Positions 22,820 through 35,965 of a stretch of 64,000 bases of DNA are shown one piece after another; position 1 is the stretch's first letter; every line of letters begins with the position of its first letter. Source of the stretch: Schizosaccharomyces osmophilus (taxonomy: Eukaryota). The stretch is from contig NC_079238.1 in the NCBI RefSeq assembly GCF_027921745.1, forward strand, positions 5,394,001-5,458,000, given 5' to 3'. The translations under genes and the position numbers were made by a program. The notes under the pieces were generated by a model that was given only the letters and a program-made list of their open reading frames with translations, did no database searches and was not told the DNA's origin.

Positions 22820-23863
22820 TCAAGCGTCAATCCTTAAGACAACCTTGCCAACATGCTTTTGGCTCCATTGGTAATAATAGGCTTCCTTCAATTCGTCAAA
22901 GGGGAACACCTTGTCGACAACGGGATGGATGTCGTTGGCTTCAATACAAGCGTTCATCTCTCTGAACATATTGGCAGAACCAACAAAGATACCACGAATG
23001 GTGGCATTCTTTTGGAGCATGGCACCAATCAAGGAGGTGACGTTAGGACTAGTACCTTCTTGAGCAACAAAACCGATACTGCTAATCTCTCCACCCACAG
23101 CCAAAACCTCCAAAGATTGACCCAAGGTCTTTTCACCACCGACTTCCACCACATGATGGTAGCCAACATTGTTGGAAACTTCCAAAGCGGGCTTGGCCCA
23201 GTTAGGATCCTTTTTGTAATTGATCAAGTGGCTAGCACCCAACTTCTTGGCAACTTGCAGTTTCTCATCGGAAGAAGAAATGACGGTGGCACGAGCACCG
23301 GTTGCCACAGCGAACTGGAGAGCAAAAATAGAAACACCACCAGTGCCTTGAATCAAGACATTTTCACCTGGCTTCAATTGATGCACTTTGGATCCAAACA
23401 AAGCATTCCATGCCGTCACGGCGGCGCAGGGTAAAGTGGATGCCTCTTCATAACTTAAATTCTTGGGGGCATGGACCAATGCTTGCGCAGGGAAGATACC
23501 AACTTGGCGGAAAGCACCGTCATAAGTACCACCCAAAGCACCGGTAATGGTCTCTGAAGTAGGTTTTCCGTCAATGAAATCAGTGAAAAATGTCCCGATC
23601 ACCGTGTCACCAGGCTTGAATCCCTTTACGTCCTCACCAATCTTTTCAACCACGCCAACGCCATCAGAGCCAGGAACTACGGGAAGCTCCAAAGGAAGAG
23701 GGTATAATCCCTTGGTGATGATCAGGTCTCTGTAATTGAGGGAAGCAGCTTTCAAGTTCACTTGAACTTGATTGGGCTTGAGAGCTTGCACGGGCTTGGC
23801 TTCATGAACCTTCAGTTGCTCAAAGCCGCTCTTAGTGTCGTTTACAATATACTGCAATGGCAT
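22820..23863 (-). CDS. adh8: Zinc-independent MDR alcohol dehydrogenase/oxidoreductase
   Basis: AASLNYRD, PGSDGVG, TLPCAAVTAWNAL, QGTGGVS and HVGKVV; syntenic with SPBC1773.06c. Confidence 0.85.
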   Translation of the reverse strand: MPLQYIVNDTKSGFEQLKVHEAKPVQALKPNQVQVNLKAASLNYRDLIITKGLYPLPLELPVVPGSDGVGVVEKIGEDVKGFKPGDTVIGTFFTDFIDGKPTSETITGALGGTYDGAFRQVGIFPAQALVHAPKNLSYEEASTLPCAAVTAWNALFGSKVHQLKPGENVLIQGTGGVSIFALQFAVATGARATVISSSDEKLQVAKKLGASHLINYKKDPNWAKPALEVSNNVGYHHVVEVGGEKTLGQSLEVLAVGGEISSIGFVAQEGTSPNVTSLIGAMLQKNATIRGIFVGSANMFREMNACIEANDIHPVVDKVFPFDELKEAYYYQWSQKHVGKVVLRIDA

Positions 23864-24919
23864 TGTGATAAAAATGTGGTGTCGAAAATTAATGCAAATC
23901 TAGCAATTTTAGGTACCCTATAGAAGGCAATACTTTTGTTAGTTATCGTGTGCGTGTCGTTTTTATTTATACGATGGCACGTTTTGAAATTTTTTTTTGC
24001 TTACATAACTACTCGGTTAAGTTCTTTTATAATCTGGCATTCGCGCACTTTTCATAATTCCGAGTTTTTTTCGTGGAATCCGATCGAACGCCTGTAAAGC
24101 TCATTCTGGCTGTATATGTAGGTGATGATATATGGACGAAGGAAATGTATGATTCTACGTTGTCTATAAACAATTATAAACAAAAAGTGAAACCAATTTA
24201 CAATAGTCTTCTAGCCCCCATTCTTAATAGGTGCACTTGAAGGTGCGTAAGAAAGCAATTGATACCTTGACATATTATTTTGTTTGGTTGTTTATGAACA
24301 AATCATGCGTTAATTTTATGGATTTTAAGTGTTAAAATCTCTGAAACAAGTCAACATTTGCGAAATTCCTAGAGGCAAATAGAAGCTAAAATGGATCGCG
24401 TATCATGAACAGTTAATGTCAACAACAATCACCTCTATCTTTATTATATTTGGAAGTTTTATAGAAATTGTTGCAAAATAGACGCAATTTATTGATTCAT
24501 TTCAATTCAAAAGACTGTAGACTGTAGATTGCAAAATTGCTCTTTAATACTCTAACCAAGAATGACTTGTGTATGTACCTAATTTGCTTTATAAGATATT
24601 CCATTTCGCGGTTATAGATAATTGAAAGCTCATAATTACATACAGGGTACACCTTTACTGGCAAGCTTGTCAAGCTTTAGTTTCCAGCAGTGTAACCGAC
24701 AACTTGTACACATTGATACGTATTGAAAATAACAGAATAACAGCCTCACGTGTAAACATTTCTATTTATTCTATAAGCACATTTTCCTACTTGTCTCTAG
24801 GGCCTTTGTTTTACAGTAAAATTAAACAATGACTTGATCCTCTTTATTGTTACATTTCCTATTTTGCACAACTGATATCCATTCTATTGATTCCTTATGA
24901 AATCCATATATGTTATCCA

Positions 24920-25706
24920 TTAATTTTTCTTGGCCGCTTCGGCATTTTCTTCTTGGTATTTCAAGAAGTTTTCCTTGAACAAATTGGCATCTATAACTGA
25001 TTAGTATCTTTCCACTCTTCTCTTACAGGCTCACTTACTTTCAGAATTAGCAAAACGGATAGCAAATGTCTCGGTAGAAGGTTCACCTTCACTAACATCA
25101 GCAGCAACGGTCCAAACCCAGCTACGGTCGCTACCAACGTTGGGAGTCAATTTCATTTCGGGCATCACTAGTAGACATTTGTTAGTTTCAATACTTCAGC
25201 ATAAAGTCAAGCTAATAAGGTTCAGCAATTTCTTTTCTACTTTCTTTTGTTTACTTACACAAGTGGTTGGCACAAACTTTATAAGTCTTGTCACGACGCA
25301 TAACCAAGCGGGTCTTTCCGCTTCCTTGATGTTTTAAAAGACGGGCATCACCAGTACCACGCTCCTTCCATTCACTAGCGTTCTTATTAAAACGGAAAAG
25401 CTTGGCACGCATCTTAAAAACAACTTCCTCATCTTCTTCGTTAGTTTTGGTCTCAACGGCATTCAACTTGACGATAGGTTCAAAGTGGACCTCTGGAGAT
25501 ACAGGTTCATTATCGTCCTCTCCTTCAGCGGCCTTGTTTTCCTCGTTAGGAGCAGATTCAGACTTTCCATCTTTTTTTTCACCGCTATCACCAAAGACAG
25601 CTTTAGCTTCTTCAGTCTGCTTTGCAGCGACTTCTTCAGAACCAAAAGAAGACTTGTTCTCTTCTTTTGTAGTGTCTTGAACCTTCTTATCTTGCTCGGC
25701 AGACAT
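24920..25706 (-). CDS. sbp1: Ran-binding protein 1 (RanBP1/Yrb1), 3 exons
   Basis: [28 protein letters not shown] and [11 protein letters not shown]; introns near 25.2 kb and 25.0 kb; TAA at 24920-24922. Confidence 0.95.
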
Positions 25707-26343
25707 TGTAGGTATTATGCTAATGGTAAGTGTCCTTCTCCACCAGAACTTCTCCTTATTATTATAGCTTGGAAAACACTACCTTAATACCTCTATATAC
25801 TTATACTATGTTACTATCGGTGAAAATGTTGTTTACCAGTGTAAATATCGAAAAAGAACCCTGTTCTTCTAGTTGAATAAACTGTATATATTGGTGGTTT
25901 ATATACCTTGAACTCTTTTATTCCAGTCATCCACTATAACAACTGTATATTGTCAGTAAAAGAAAACTCAACTCATGGCGTTTCGAACATTCATGTACAG
26001 GTTAGACTCACTTAATTTCAAAAATACAACATGTAATTTACGGCTACTTCTTTTGAGTAGCGATGAATTTCACAAGTGATTGTATGGGGTTTTCAATATT
26101 TCTTATAAAAAAAGGAACACTAGACGTAAAGATATCATAGATACTGAATCAGCTAGGTGTCTAGGATTCAATTACCTGCCATTTATATACACTTGGCATA
26201 TAGATAGTTTTGGTATTTCCCTCTGGATGTAGATGCTAAAACCAAAGCCTTGGTGGACTTTAAGGATCTTCATCCCGCAAGGCATCTCGCAAAGCAGAAT
26301 CACTAATCATAGAGACAAAAATCCAACCTGCTTTTGAGAGTGA

Positions 26344-27759
26344 TTATAGGGGTCCATCACCAACAAGCTTCGCCCACTGGCGGAAACAACCACCTTCAGC
26401 AAATTCGACCTCTGGAAATTCTGGCAGGCATTCACAATTGCAGCCAAGATCCTGACCACAGTGATAAATATCCGAATGACGGTATCCAAAATCGCGAAAA
26501 TAATGTACCTCGCTTTCTTTCAAGAAAAGTCCTGCTGCTAAAGAATGGAATGGTGCATCACCCCACTGTTTGTTTTGTCAGCATGATTTTGATTTAGAAA
26601 AAAAACTTACCCTTTCAGTCCAAAAGCCTCCGGTTTTATCCATCGTCTGAAAAAAGTCTTCATATAACTCATTGCGGAAGAAATCAAAATTAGCAATTTC
26701 AAAATTGCTCCAAAAATGACACATATTGTATGATTCCCCGTCCATGTTGGAATTTTCTTCAGAGTATAAAGTCTTTATTTTTGTATCCAATTGAGACTTA
26801 AGTGGTGTTTGTGAATTTATGTTATTCGTATCCACTGACTCCTCTTCAGATTTGTCTTCAGAATCGCCAGATTCTAAGAAAAAGTTCCACAATCCTGAAT
26901 TAAGTTGCATTGAACGACGATAAGCAGACGAGTATCGAAATAAGCTGGGAACAGTGTCTTCTATTTCTTTTATTGCAATAACATAACCATATACTTTTCC
27001 ATTATTCTGCATGTAGTAGAATGGGTCATACGGTATATCACAAGTGAAAGTCACTTCCGGTTCTACACGCCAATACCATTGGTACTTTAGTAGAAGAGGG
27101 TGTTTATAAAAAAAGCTAATACCAATTAGTTCTATCTTTGCATTGGAAACTTACCCAGAAAAAAACCGGCACATATGATGATAGCTTTCTGCATCTCCGT
27201 ACATAATACCCCGATCTCCTTGGTCAGCTATAGCCTCCTGATATATTGAAACGTCAACATCATTAGGAAATCCAAACATTTCTTTGCCAATTTCTCCAAA
27301 CTCGATATCTGCTGCCGTGTGCTCACGGACTGTGTCCATGAATGTTTGATCGAACGGGTCGTTGTTCAAAAAAGTGTAGGGATAATTAAAATGGCGATTA
27401 AAATGCTTTTCCAAAGATTTCATAGAAGAAACAACCCCTTCAAGGTCGGAATTTCTAGCTAAAATGACAAAGGTCGCATTCATCCTAGGGTGCATTTGAG
27501 CCTCTAATGCAACATTTTTACATCCTTTAGAAAACATAGGATCAAGCTTATCGTCAATCCTTTCCAATGGTGGATGCGACATTGTATATGTAACATGTCG
27601 AAAGCCCATCCATAATGCTAAAAGAGTTAAACAAAGAATAGGGACCATAACAATGACTGCTGGGATAACGAATGATCGACTTCCTAACCTTCGACGGAAA
27701 AGGAACCTTGGCTTTTGAAAACTCCTTGAAGAGTATAGATTTCTATCCCAGCCAAACAT
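26344..27759 (-). CDS. omh4: KRE2/GT15 alpha-1,2-mannosyltransferase, 3 exons
   Basis: NATFVILARN, FNRHFNYPYTFLN, SYHHMCRFFSG, CHFWSNFEI and ERWGDAP across an intron; stop at 26344. Confidence 0.88.
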
Positions 27760-27818
27760 CTTTGCTTTGGTAGCGATTGATTCAATTGTTTTTTAGAAAA
27801 GTACACCAGGTGCGAAAT

Positions 27819-27829
27819 GTAAACAAACA
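27819..27829 (+). promoter_or_regulatory. FLEX element (Mei4/forkhead) 60 bp upstream of omh4
   Basis: Exact GTAAACAAACA. Confidence 0.4.
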
Positions 27830-28318
27830 AAACATATTACCCACACTTGGAATAAACAACACAAAACAAGAAAATAATTAGTATGCAAATATTAATTATA
27901 AGCCTATTAAATTGTAAATTCTTGAATGAATAGGTATCAAGGCTGCGGAAAATAAACAAATAAATCAGAACGTAAACGAAGAATTAAAAACGATATACTA
28001 CTTTTTTTCAAATTCTTACGTATCCGAAAGCTCCTTGTTCATTCATGCGTTCATATAAATGCTTTTCACTTTAACAATCTGGGAGACAAAGTCATCGTCT
28101 TCTTAAAATTTTCTTATGCAGCACTTGAAAAGCCTCCAGCTTTGTTTCCGTACTGCGAGCAGCATTTGAAACATGGCTAATAGATGTTACCTTCGAAGTG
28201 CAGAAACAAACCTTTCTAAGAAGTTTCCGTATTGCAATTGGAATTTCAATATGCTTTTTCTCTTTTTACAACATCCTAGGACTATTTCGAACCAGAAGTC
28301 ATTGAATGCTCTGCATTA

Positions 28319-30157
28319 TCATCTGACTAATTTATTTTTAGACTGAAATTTATAACATAAATCATCCACTGCATCCATTTTAGGGTTCAGACTCTGTGTG
28401 GATCTTCTATTATGATCCGATTCGTTTGGCTCAATATTCGTGATATCCATCATACTTGTTTTACGATGGGTAGAATAAGATGGAGAACCAGAAAAAGCAC
28501 TACTGGCATTATCGCAATTTGCAAAAAATTCATGATCAAAGGAAGTATTCGTCGAAGAAAACTCCTTAAACCTGGTATTTTGTTCTTTGCCAGAGCTTAA
28601 TAAAGTCGATGAATTCCCAAAATTGAAAGACGTTTTAGGCTTTGAAGACTGAAGTCCAATAGATTTAGCTGTTTTTTTAGAACTACAAGGACTTTGTTCT
28701 TGGCCAGTAAAAGAAAATATATTAGTTTGTTCATGCTTATTCGTCAATAGACCTTCGAAAAGACCTGTACTTTGGCAAGAAGACATGCATTCGTGGTCAC
28801 GATGCTTTCCGTGCGTCTTTGGAGCAGGAGCAGGAAAGTTACTTTTATTATTGTTAATGGGTTCAAATTTGCTTCCTGAAACTTCTTTCAGATTAAAGGC
28901 ATTATGCGTTAAACCCGTGGTTTGTGTACTTGAGGCATCCATTGAATCCACCTTCTTAGATTGATTTTTATTCTCTCGAATAAACTTATTATAAGAAGCT
29001 TTCATATTCTTGTGAGCATTAAAGGTAAACGTGCTTGTTTTTGGCAATCCATTACTTCCGCTCGTTTGTTCTTCAAGACAATATTTGGAAGATCTATTCA
29101 ACTGCTGATCGAACGGGAAATTGAACGGATTACTACTAGTTGAAAACTCAAAATTATTGGAAAATAATTGACCATCATTACTCCTTGGTGCATTTTCATA
29201 CCTCTGACTAGTATCTGTCAAGGAATTTAAAAAGGTATCAGAAGAGGTAGAAAACGCGCTTACTGCGTTGAAACGAAATTCCGTGGTATGTGATTTATTG
29301 TCTTCCATTTTGTAAAACTGACCATCATTAGATTTTGATTCGAAAGGTCCTCGCAAATTCGTCTCCAAACTTGAGTGTGAGAAATTGAACTTCGGATACT
29401 CCAAATCTGATGGACTTTTACTATAACCAGAATGAAGAAAAGGCGTAGATGAATGAAAGTCCTCACCCGCCTTTGTAGGATCTGGTTGTTTTTCTAGAAA
29501 CGGGTTGTCAATTTTTGACTGACAATTTGAAGATTTAGGTTTCTTCTTTCTGCTAACTTTGGGTATAGCAGTCTCTTCACTTCCTTCTTTAGTTGAAGGT
29601 TGTTTAATACGAATTCCAATACCCGACTGAGGATCGTACTTGCAAAATTTTTTACCATTAAGCAAATACTCAAATTCTTTTAATTTCACATCATTTCTGC
29701 CGGATCGGTTGTCATTTTTGTTGTTTTCAAACTTTTTTCGATAGTCTTTTTTAGAATGACGATCCTTGGTTGCCTCGCGATACGCCGCATAAGCACTAGT
29801 CTTTCGACTAGAGAATGAACTATAAAAGGAAGATTTTGGCTTAAAACTTCCTGCAGTCTTGGTATGGTAGGACGAATCGTATACTCGTCGTTTTGATACG
29901 TCTTTTAAAACATCATAAGCAGTTTGCACTTTTTGGAATTTCTTAGCAGCAGTAATTTCATTTCCGTAATTTCGATCGGGATGGTATTTGAATGCGAGCG
30001 CTAGATATTGTTTACGAATTTCTTGCGCTGTTGCGTTTTTTGACACATTTCTGCCACAAAATTAATAAACGAAAGTAAAAATATTTGCGTATGTTTGAAA
30101 TACCTACAAAATGGAGTAATAATCCGCTTTTGTGTCAAGCTTAGCTTCTGATGGCAT
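28319..30157 (-). CDS. mug184: J-domain protein with a long low-complexity tail; exon 1 30108-30157, exon 2 28319-30050
   Basis: Spliced MPSEAKLDTKADYYSILNVSKNATAQEIRKQY...YHPDRN (HPD motif); syntenic with SPBC1773.09c. Confidence 0.82.
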
Positions 30158-30763
30158 GAAGGAGAAAAGAAAACGCAGATGCCTATACTCAATATAGAGG
30201 ATGACGTGCGAACAAATGTTAAGAATTTTCAATTGGAGATTTTTTTTTTTTTTTTTTTTTTTTTTTCTTTTATAGAACCCTTTCGATTGTAGGATTCCCA
30301 ACAGTTTGTTAGTTCAATCGCATGACTATTGGACGCTGATGTACACATTCATGCCAATTTCGGTAGTACTCTAGATTCAAGGAATAAACATTTAGAATTT
30401 CAAGTGAAGAAAACTAAATCGAGACGCCATCGTTGCTTTTTACATGTTACAACAATTTCTCACACTTTACACGTATCTTCAAACAGCTCGACAAATTTTA
30501 ATACTTCCACTTTTCTGACAAAAGACCTTATGACGGATTCATTTTACTTTAACAAAATAATGACAACTTTAGCAAAAAGCAGCCATCGTTTTGGTTAGAG
30601 TGATAGCAATAATCAAAACGGTTTGAAACCTTGTCACTTGAATCTACCTGTGCTTAATATATAGTCTAAACCAAAAAAATGCTATAAAGGGAATGAATTA
30701 ACAAAAAACTGCACTAAAACCAAAACTATGACAAGTTATTATCCGAAGCAATTGATAAACGAT

Positions 30764-32470
30764 TTAAGGTTTGCAACGTTCAGTGAAACGAGGGAATAAG
30801 CAGCATTCGCGAACAGTATAGCGGTTGCACAGCCATGCAAGGAAGCGTTCAAGTCCCAAACCGAAACCGCCATGTTCTGTAGTACCATATTTGCGTTGTT
30901 CGGTGAACCAATAGTAAGGGGTAGGGTCAATACCCTCACGTTTATAAGCGGCCAAAAGCTCCTCCATGTCGAAAATTCTCATACTTCCACCAACAATTTC
31001 ACCAACGTTAGGCATCAAACAGTCTACACTTTCAGTGAGATCTGGACGTTCCTTAACACGCTGCATGTAAAAGGATTTAATTTCGACAGGGAAATGAGTA
31101 AGGAAAATAGGACAGTTAATTTGGTCAGTCATCTTGCGCTCAGCAGCCTCAGCAATGTCATCACCAAACTTATGATGATCACCCTCGGATGTCAAGATGT
31201 TGTGTTCATTTAGATACTTGATAGCATCCTCATAGGTAAGGCGCATAAAAGGTCTGGAGGGTTTCTTAAAGTCAGGGTTCAACTGCTTGATCAAAGGAGC
31301 AGCAACTGGGTCGTCAAGGATGCGATCAATAGTCTGACAAATAAATTCTTCAAGAAGTTCTAAATATTCTTTGAAGTTAATGAAAGGCATCTCAGCCTCA
31401 ACGTGTGTAAATTCAGAAAGATGACGTCTAGTAAGAGACTTCTCGGCACGGAAACTTTCTTGGACGCAGTAAACATTACCCAAGGCTGGAAGAGCAGCCT
31501 CTAAGTATAATTGACTGGATTGAGTTAAATAGGCATCCTGACCATAATAATTAAATTTGAATAGAGTAGCACCACCTTCAACTTGGGTCTGAACCATGCA
31601 AGGAGGAGTAACTTCAGTCATGCGAAGATCCTCAAAAGCATCACGCATAGCACGTAAAACACGAGCACGGACCTTAAGAACAGCAGAAGCAGTTTCACCA
31701 CGAATAACGAGATGGCGCTGATCAAGCAAATAGGAGGGTTCGGCTTCCGCGTTCAAACGGTTTGTGAAGGCTTCCTCACCAGTAGGAGCAGCATGAAGGA
31801 TATCGTAATAATCGACGACAAGTTCGTGATTACCAGGGGCCGACTTTCCTTCAGGTAATTCCTTAATAACACCATACAAAGCGATGGTAGATTCAGGACC
31901 CAAATTGATGAAATCATAAGAAGCCTTTTCGCAGACCTTGCCGGTTAACACGGATTGCAAGTAGCCGGTACCATCACGTAAAACAACGAAGATAATGCCT
32001 TTTTGATTGCGCATACGATGAACCCAACCGTTAACAACAACTCGCTTCTCGCGATATTGGGTGCTATCAGTAATCAAAATCTTCTCAGCCTTAGGAGCAT
32101 CCTTGGGCTCTTCTAAAACAATTTTAGAAGCAGCCTCCATCCGTTTAGCCTCCGCCTCCTTGGCAGCAATGGCCTTGCTAGCGGCTAGCTTTTCATTTTC
32201 ACCAGCCTTTGTTTTTTTACGGGCAGCCTGTTCAACCCCTTTCTTGGCCTTCTTCAATGCATTGGTGCCAATAGGTTCATATTGAGAAGAAGAATCTTTG
32301 CGAATTATGACTGTACAATTTTCGATAGCCTGCAAGGCACGGATGGCAGTCTTGAAAGGTTCACTTTCTGTTCCTTTACCAACCTCATCGTTGCCGGAAC
32401 TTTCGTCAACAAATACAAAAGCTTCTGGTTTAATTTTCATTTCAGCCATATCCTTTTCAACACCCACCAT
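30764..32470 (-). CDS. nrs1: Cytoplasmic asparaginyl-tRNA synthetase
   Basis: GWVHRMR, VLRDGTG, YLTQSSQLYLE, SFRAEKSLTRRHLSEF and GGFGLGLER. Confidence 0.96.
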   Translation of the reverse strand: MVGVEKDMAEMKIKPEAFVFVDESSGNDEVGKGTESEPFKTAIRALQAIENCTVIIRKDSSSQYEPIGTNALKKAKKGVEQAARKKTKAGENEKLAASKAIAAKEAEAKRMEAASKIVLEEPKDAPKAEKILITDSTQYREKRVVVNGWVHRMRNQKGIIFVVLRDGTGYLQSVLTGKVCEKASYDFINLGPESTIALYGVIKELPEGKSAPGNHELVVDYYDILHAAPTGEEAFTNRLNAEAEPSYLLDQRHLVIRGETASAVLKVRARVLRAMRDAFEDLRMTEVTPPCMVQTQVEGGATLFKFNYYGQDAYLTQSSQLYLEAALPALGNVYCVQESFRAEKSLTRRHLSEFTHVEAEMPFINFKEYLELLEEFICQTIDRILDDPVAAPLIKQLNPDFKKPSRPFMRLTYEDAIKYLNEHNILTSEGDHHKFGDDIAEAAERKMTDQINCPIFLTHFPVEIKSFYMQRVKERPDLTESVDCLMPNVGEIVGGSMRIFDMEELLAAYKREGIDPTPYYWFTEQRKYGTTEHGGFGLGLERFLAWLCNRYTVRECCLFPRFTERCKP

Positions 32471-33292
32471 TGTCAAAAAATCAAAAATGATTTTGTGGTT
32501 GGTTCTTTGTAGGTTTGTCCTCTATCTTAGTCTTAGTAAGAAAGTACTGAGTAAATTATTAGAGAGAGGTTACACGTTAACTTATAGTAATATTTGGATT
32601 GATATCGGTCAACATTCCTAAATGTTTCGCAGTAGGTAAATAGGTAAATAAAAAGAGTTGTAAATAAATACTCGCTTTATCTGACATTTACAGCCTATTT
32701 TAACGATGGTAAGATCTCGATTGTTTATTTAAAAAACTGATTGTCTTTAAAAAGTAACAATTTCAGTTTGGATATGCTTGTCATAATGGATAACACTTAT
32801 GAGGACAAGCGACAGAATGGTTAGCTTCATGATTGTATAATCACCTTTTTGAATACAAACTCATTTGACTGAGTTGTGAGAGCACTTAAAAAAGCACAGC
32901 ATACTCCCCCTTTAATATACTTTGGAAAACAGCATGCATCTAAGGAAAGGAAGAAAAACTAAAATTGGGGTTTAAAATTGAAAACCTAAAACATTTTCGT
33001 CAAATGCCTCCAAAAGGCAGAAACATAAACATAAGTCAATAAGAAAAAAGTAGCGGGACGAGAAACCTTCTTTTCTAAATTTATGTTCAAGGGAAGAGGA
33101 AAAACCCAATTGTCCATCAAACACCCATATTGGGTACGTCAATTATTATACAGCAAGAAAAAATTGTAAGTGTGGAAAGATTGTAGAAATCGTCAAAAGG
33201 TTTTACAGTCTTTTCTCAAGTGAGAAAATAAATAAGTAGTAAAGAGAAAGGGCCGTTAATAAAAAAGAAAGGGGGAAGATGAATTCATGCAT

Positions 33293-34543
33293 TTAGAGTC
33301 CACCCAAGCGAGGAGCAATGTTATTGTCTTCAGAGTCCCAGTTCAAATAGCGATGATCTGCCAATTTTCTAGGTCTGATGAAGTGTCGTAATGTAAATAA
33401 TGTACCCAAAACAACGCTTACAACGCTCACCACAATGTAGGCAATTCCGAGAAAAGGATTCTTACCACCTAAAACAGAGCGAGTGGTAAGTACTATAGAC
33501 TTGGTTCCATCGTATTCTTTGACAGGAAAATGGAGCCCGATACTAAGTTCGTAAGTTCCAGGAAGTAATTGATCTTTGTCGTTGCGTCTCGCGAGTTTGC
33601 TAAATGTCGGTAATCCAGCGGTTCTCATCCATACTTGTAACTCCTCCATAGTAGATAAATCAGGCATATTATCTTCTGTATATCCATTAGGGTATCTCAA
33701 AACCCAGTTTGGAGGAGGCACAACTTCGCTGGGGCTGTATTTCGTTTTTTTAAAACGGCTGGCATCAGAAGCCCAAGCGATGTTCTTTGAGCTAAGTTGA
33801 TAAGCTTTTGATGATTTTTCATCGTTAACAATGGGATTTAACATTGAAAAAGAGTCGTTAAATAATGAATTGGCAATCAAGCCACAAGGATAGTATGGTT
33901 TTCCCTCTTCATTCGCCTCTAACGGATAGCACCCAGAAGATTTCACATCATTTTTATTCTGAGCATAACCACGAATTTGTTTTTCATCCAAGCTCTTGGC
34001 ATAACGGCGATGATTTTGATAAAAATTGGTTAAGCGGTAATAAAGAAAAATTGGTGCTTTCATCACAGATGGAACAGTAAAACGAACGTTGCAGACCTTA
34101 ATATCCAGATCCAAATCGTCGTCGTGCGTGTTAGATAATTTCCATGACGGTGTTGAATTTTTTGCTTTTAAGGAATAGTCAAAAGCTGCTTTATACTTTT
34201 TCGAAGGTATCTCTGTAAAATTATCATAATTAGCCATCTTCTCACAATCGGTATAATCAACGACTAATTCCTGTACGGTAGAACTCGCATATAATAGGCC
34301 GCCTCCTAATGGACCAAAAATGATACCCAAAATGAAAAACAAAGGAAGGACCGTTTTTGGAGTTAGTAAAGGCTGCCATGATTTGATTCTCTGCTGACGA
34401 AACGAGGTGTTTGGACTAAATTCCGTTACTGATTAGTATATACAAAATCGCCCACAAGCCATTCTAACTTACGGTGCACGAGATTTCTTGTTAGTTTGAT
34501 CAGCAGAATGATCAATGTTGCTCTCTTCTACAGAATCCGACAT
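33293..34543 (-). CDS. mug89: CDC50/LEM3 flippase beta subunit, one 5' intron
   Basis: [19 protein letters not shown] across the intron, [32 protein letters not shown] and GGKNPFLG. Confidence 0.9.
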
Positions 34544-35383
34544 AACGCCTTCTCCAAAAATGAATAAATCCCCGAATACAATTTACAAGAATTTCGCCAG
34601 CGTTCACGTCTTCAGAATAAAACCTCAGGTCAAAACGAAAAAAGTAGAAAACAGAAACCCACTGAAAAAGCGGATTTTATCGGAATTACACACTGAACAA
34701 TGCCCTTTAAAAAATGTGGTTCTCGTTACCAAGTTCTTCCTAGTAAACAGAGTGAGTTGGCATTTAGTGTATTACCTTTCAGCTTCTTATAAAGAACTTC
34801 ACTTTGGGTGCATAAACGCTATACATTTTTACGCTTGATAACGAGCAGTACATTAATAAACAATTGAACAGAATGATAAAATGGCATTGCAGTGTTCTGG
34901 TTCTGGCTTTATTTGTTGAAATAAGAAAATATTCTCTTTCTCAAGAATGCTATAAGTTTCTATTGAAGGTATTTCCCACTTTCATAGAGTTTTAAGGGTA
35001 CCTCATGATGTCAAAACTTAGCCTAAAAGTGAATGTTTAGAGCCAGGGTTCTTTTTTCAGTTGTCTAATTGATATTTCGTATTGTCTCATATGGAAATTT
35101 GCTTTCGTCGTGATGGCGGATTTATAAAATAGTGCTTGAAGACGTTCCTTTACCAAACCAGACCACGTTAACCAATATCAAAGATTTGTCTATTAAAGAC
35201 TATATAATTTCTTTTTTTAAAACGAATTGACTGGTAACATTAACTTGTTTATTAGTTGCTAGTAATTTTATTTGACATTCACGGCGAATTCAATCCAACG
35301 CACATTTCAACGATAACCGGCTTTAAGGGAGGAGTTTTTATCTTCGGATATTTCCTACTAAATTTTTTCTTTATTTAAAACCA

Positions 35384-35965
35384 ATGACTGAGTACACTGC
35401 ATCTACTCCTAGACGTTCTACACGTTTGAATTCGAGGGATCCTTCAAATTCCAAAGTTCCTATTGCTGCCGAGTCTGTAAGCACTGGGGCAAAAGCGAAG
35501 GAATCAGAAGAAGTTATTAATGTAGGTAATTTGGTTCCCGACCTTACTCTTCTCAATCAAGACGAGACCCCAGTAAACCTTCCAGAACTGATAAAATCTC
35601 GCGGACTTGTCATCTTTGCTTATCCCAGAGCTAGTACGCCAGGATGTACAAAGCAAGGTTGTGGATTTCGTGATAATTATCCACAGATACAGGCCGCCGA
35701 CTATGAAGTATTCGGTGTATCCTTTGATTCATGTAAATCTCAAAAGAGTTTTCAAACAAAGCAGAACTTTCCTTACGATTTGCTATCGGACCCTGAAGGT
35801 GTTTTAATTGAACGTCTTGGTGCAAAAAAACCAGATGGAAAATTGTTCCGTAGCCATTGGATCTTTGAAAAGGGGTCAGGAAAGTGTCTTGTCAAGGAAA
35901 TTGATATCTCTCCTCTTGACAGCGTTGATAAAGCTTTCCAGGTAATTACTGGCTCTATTGTTTAA
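35384..35965 (+). CDS. bcp1: BCP/PrxQ peroxiredoxin (Dot5-like)
   Basis: YPRASTPGCTKQGCGFRD motif. Confidence 0.93.
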   Translation: MTEYTASTPRRSTRLNSRDPSNSKVPIAAESVSTGAKAKESEEVINVGNLVPDLTLLNQDETPVNLPELIKSRGLVIFAYPRASTPGCTKQGCGFRDNYPQIQAADYEVFGVSFDSCKSQKSFQTKQNFPYDLLSDPEGVLIERLGAKKPDGKLFRSHWIFEKGSGKCLVKEIDISPLDSVDKAFQVITGSIV

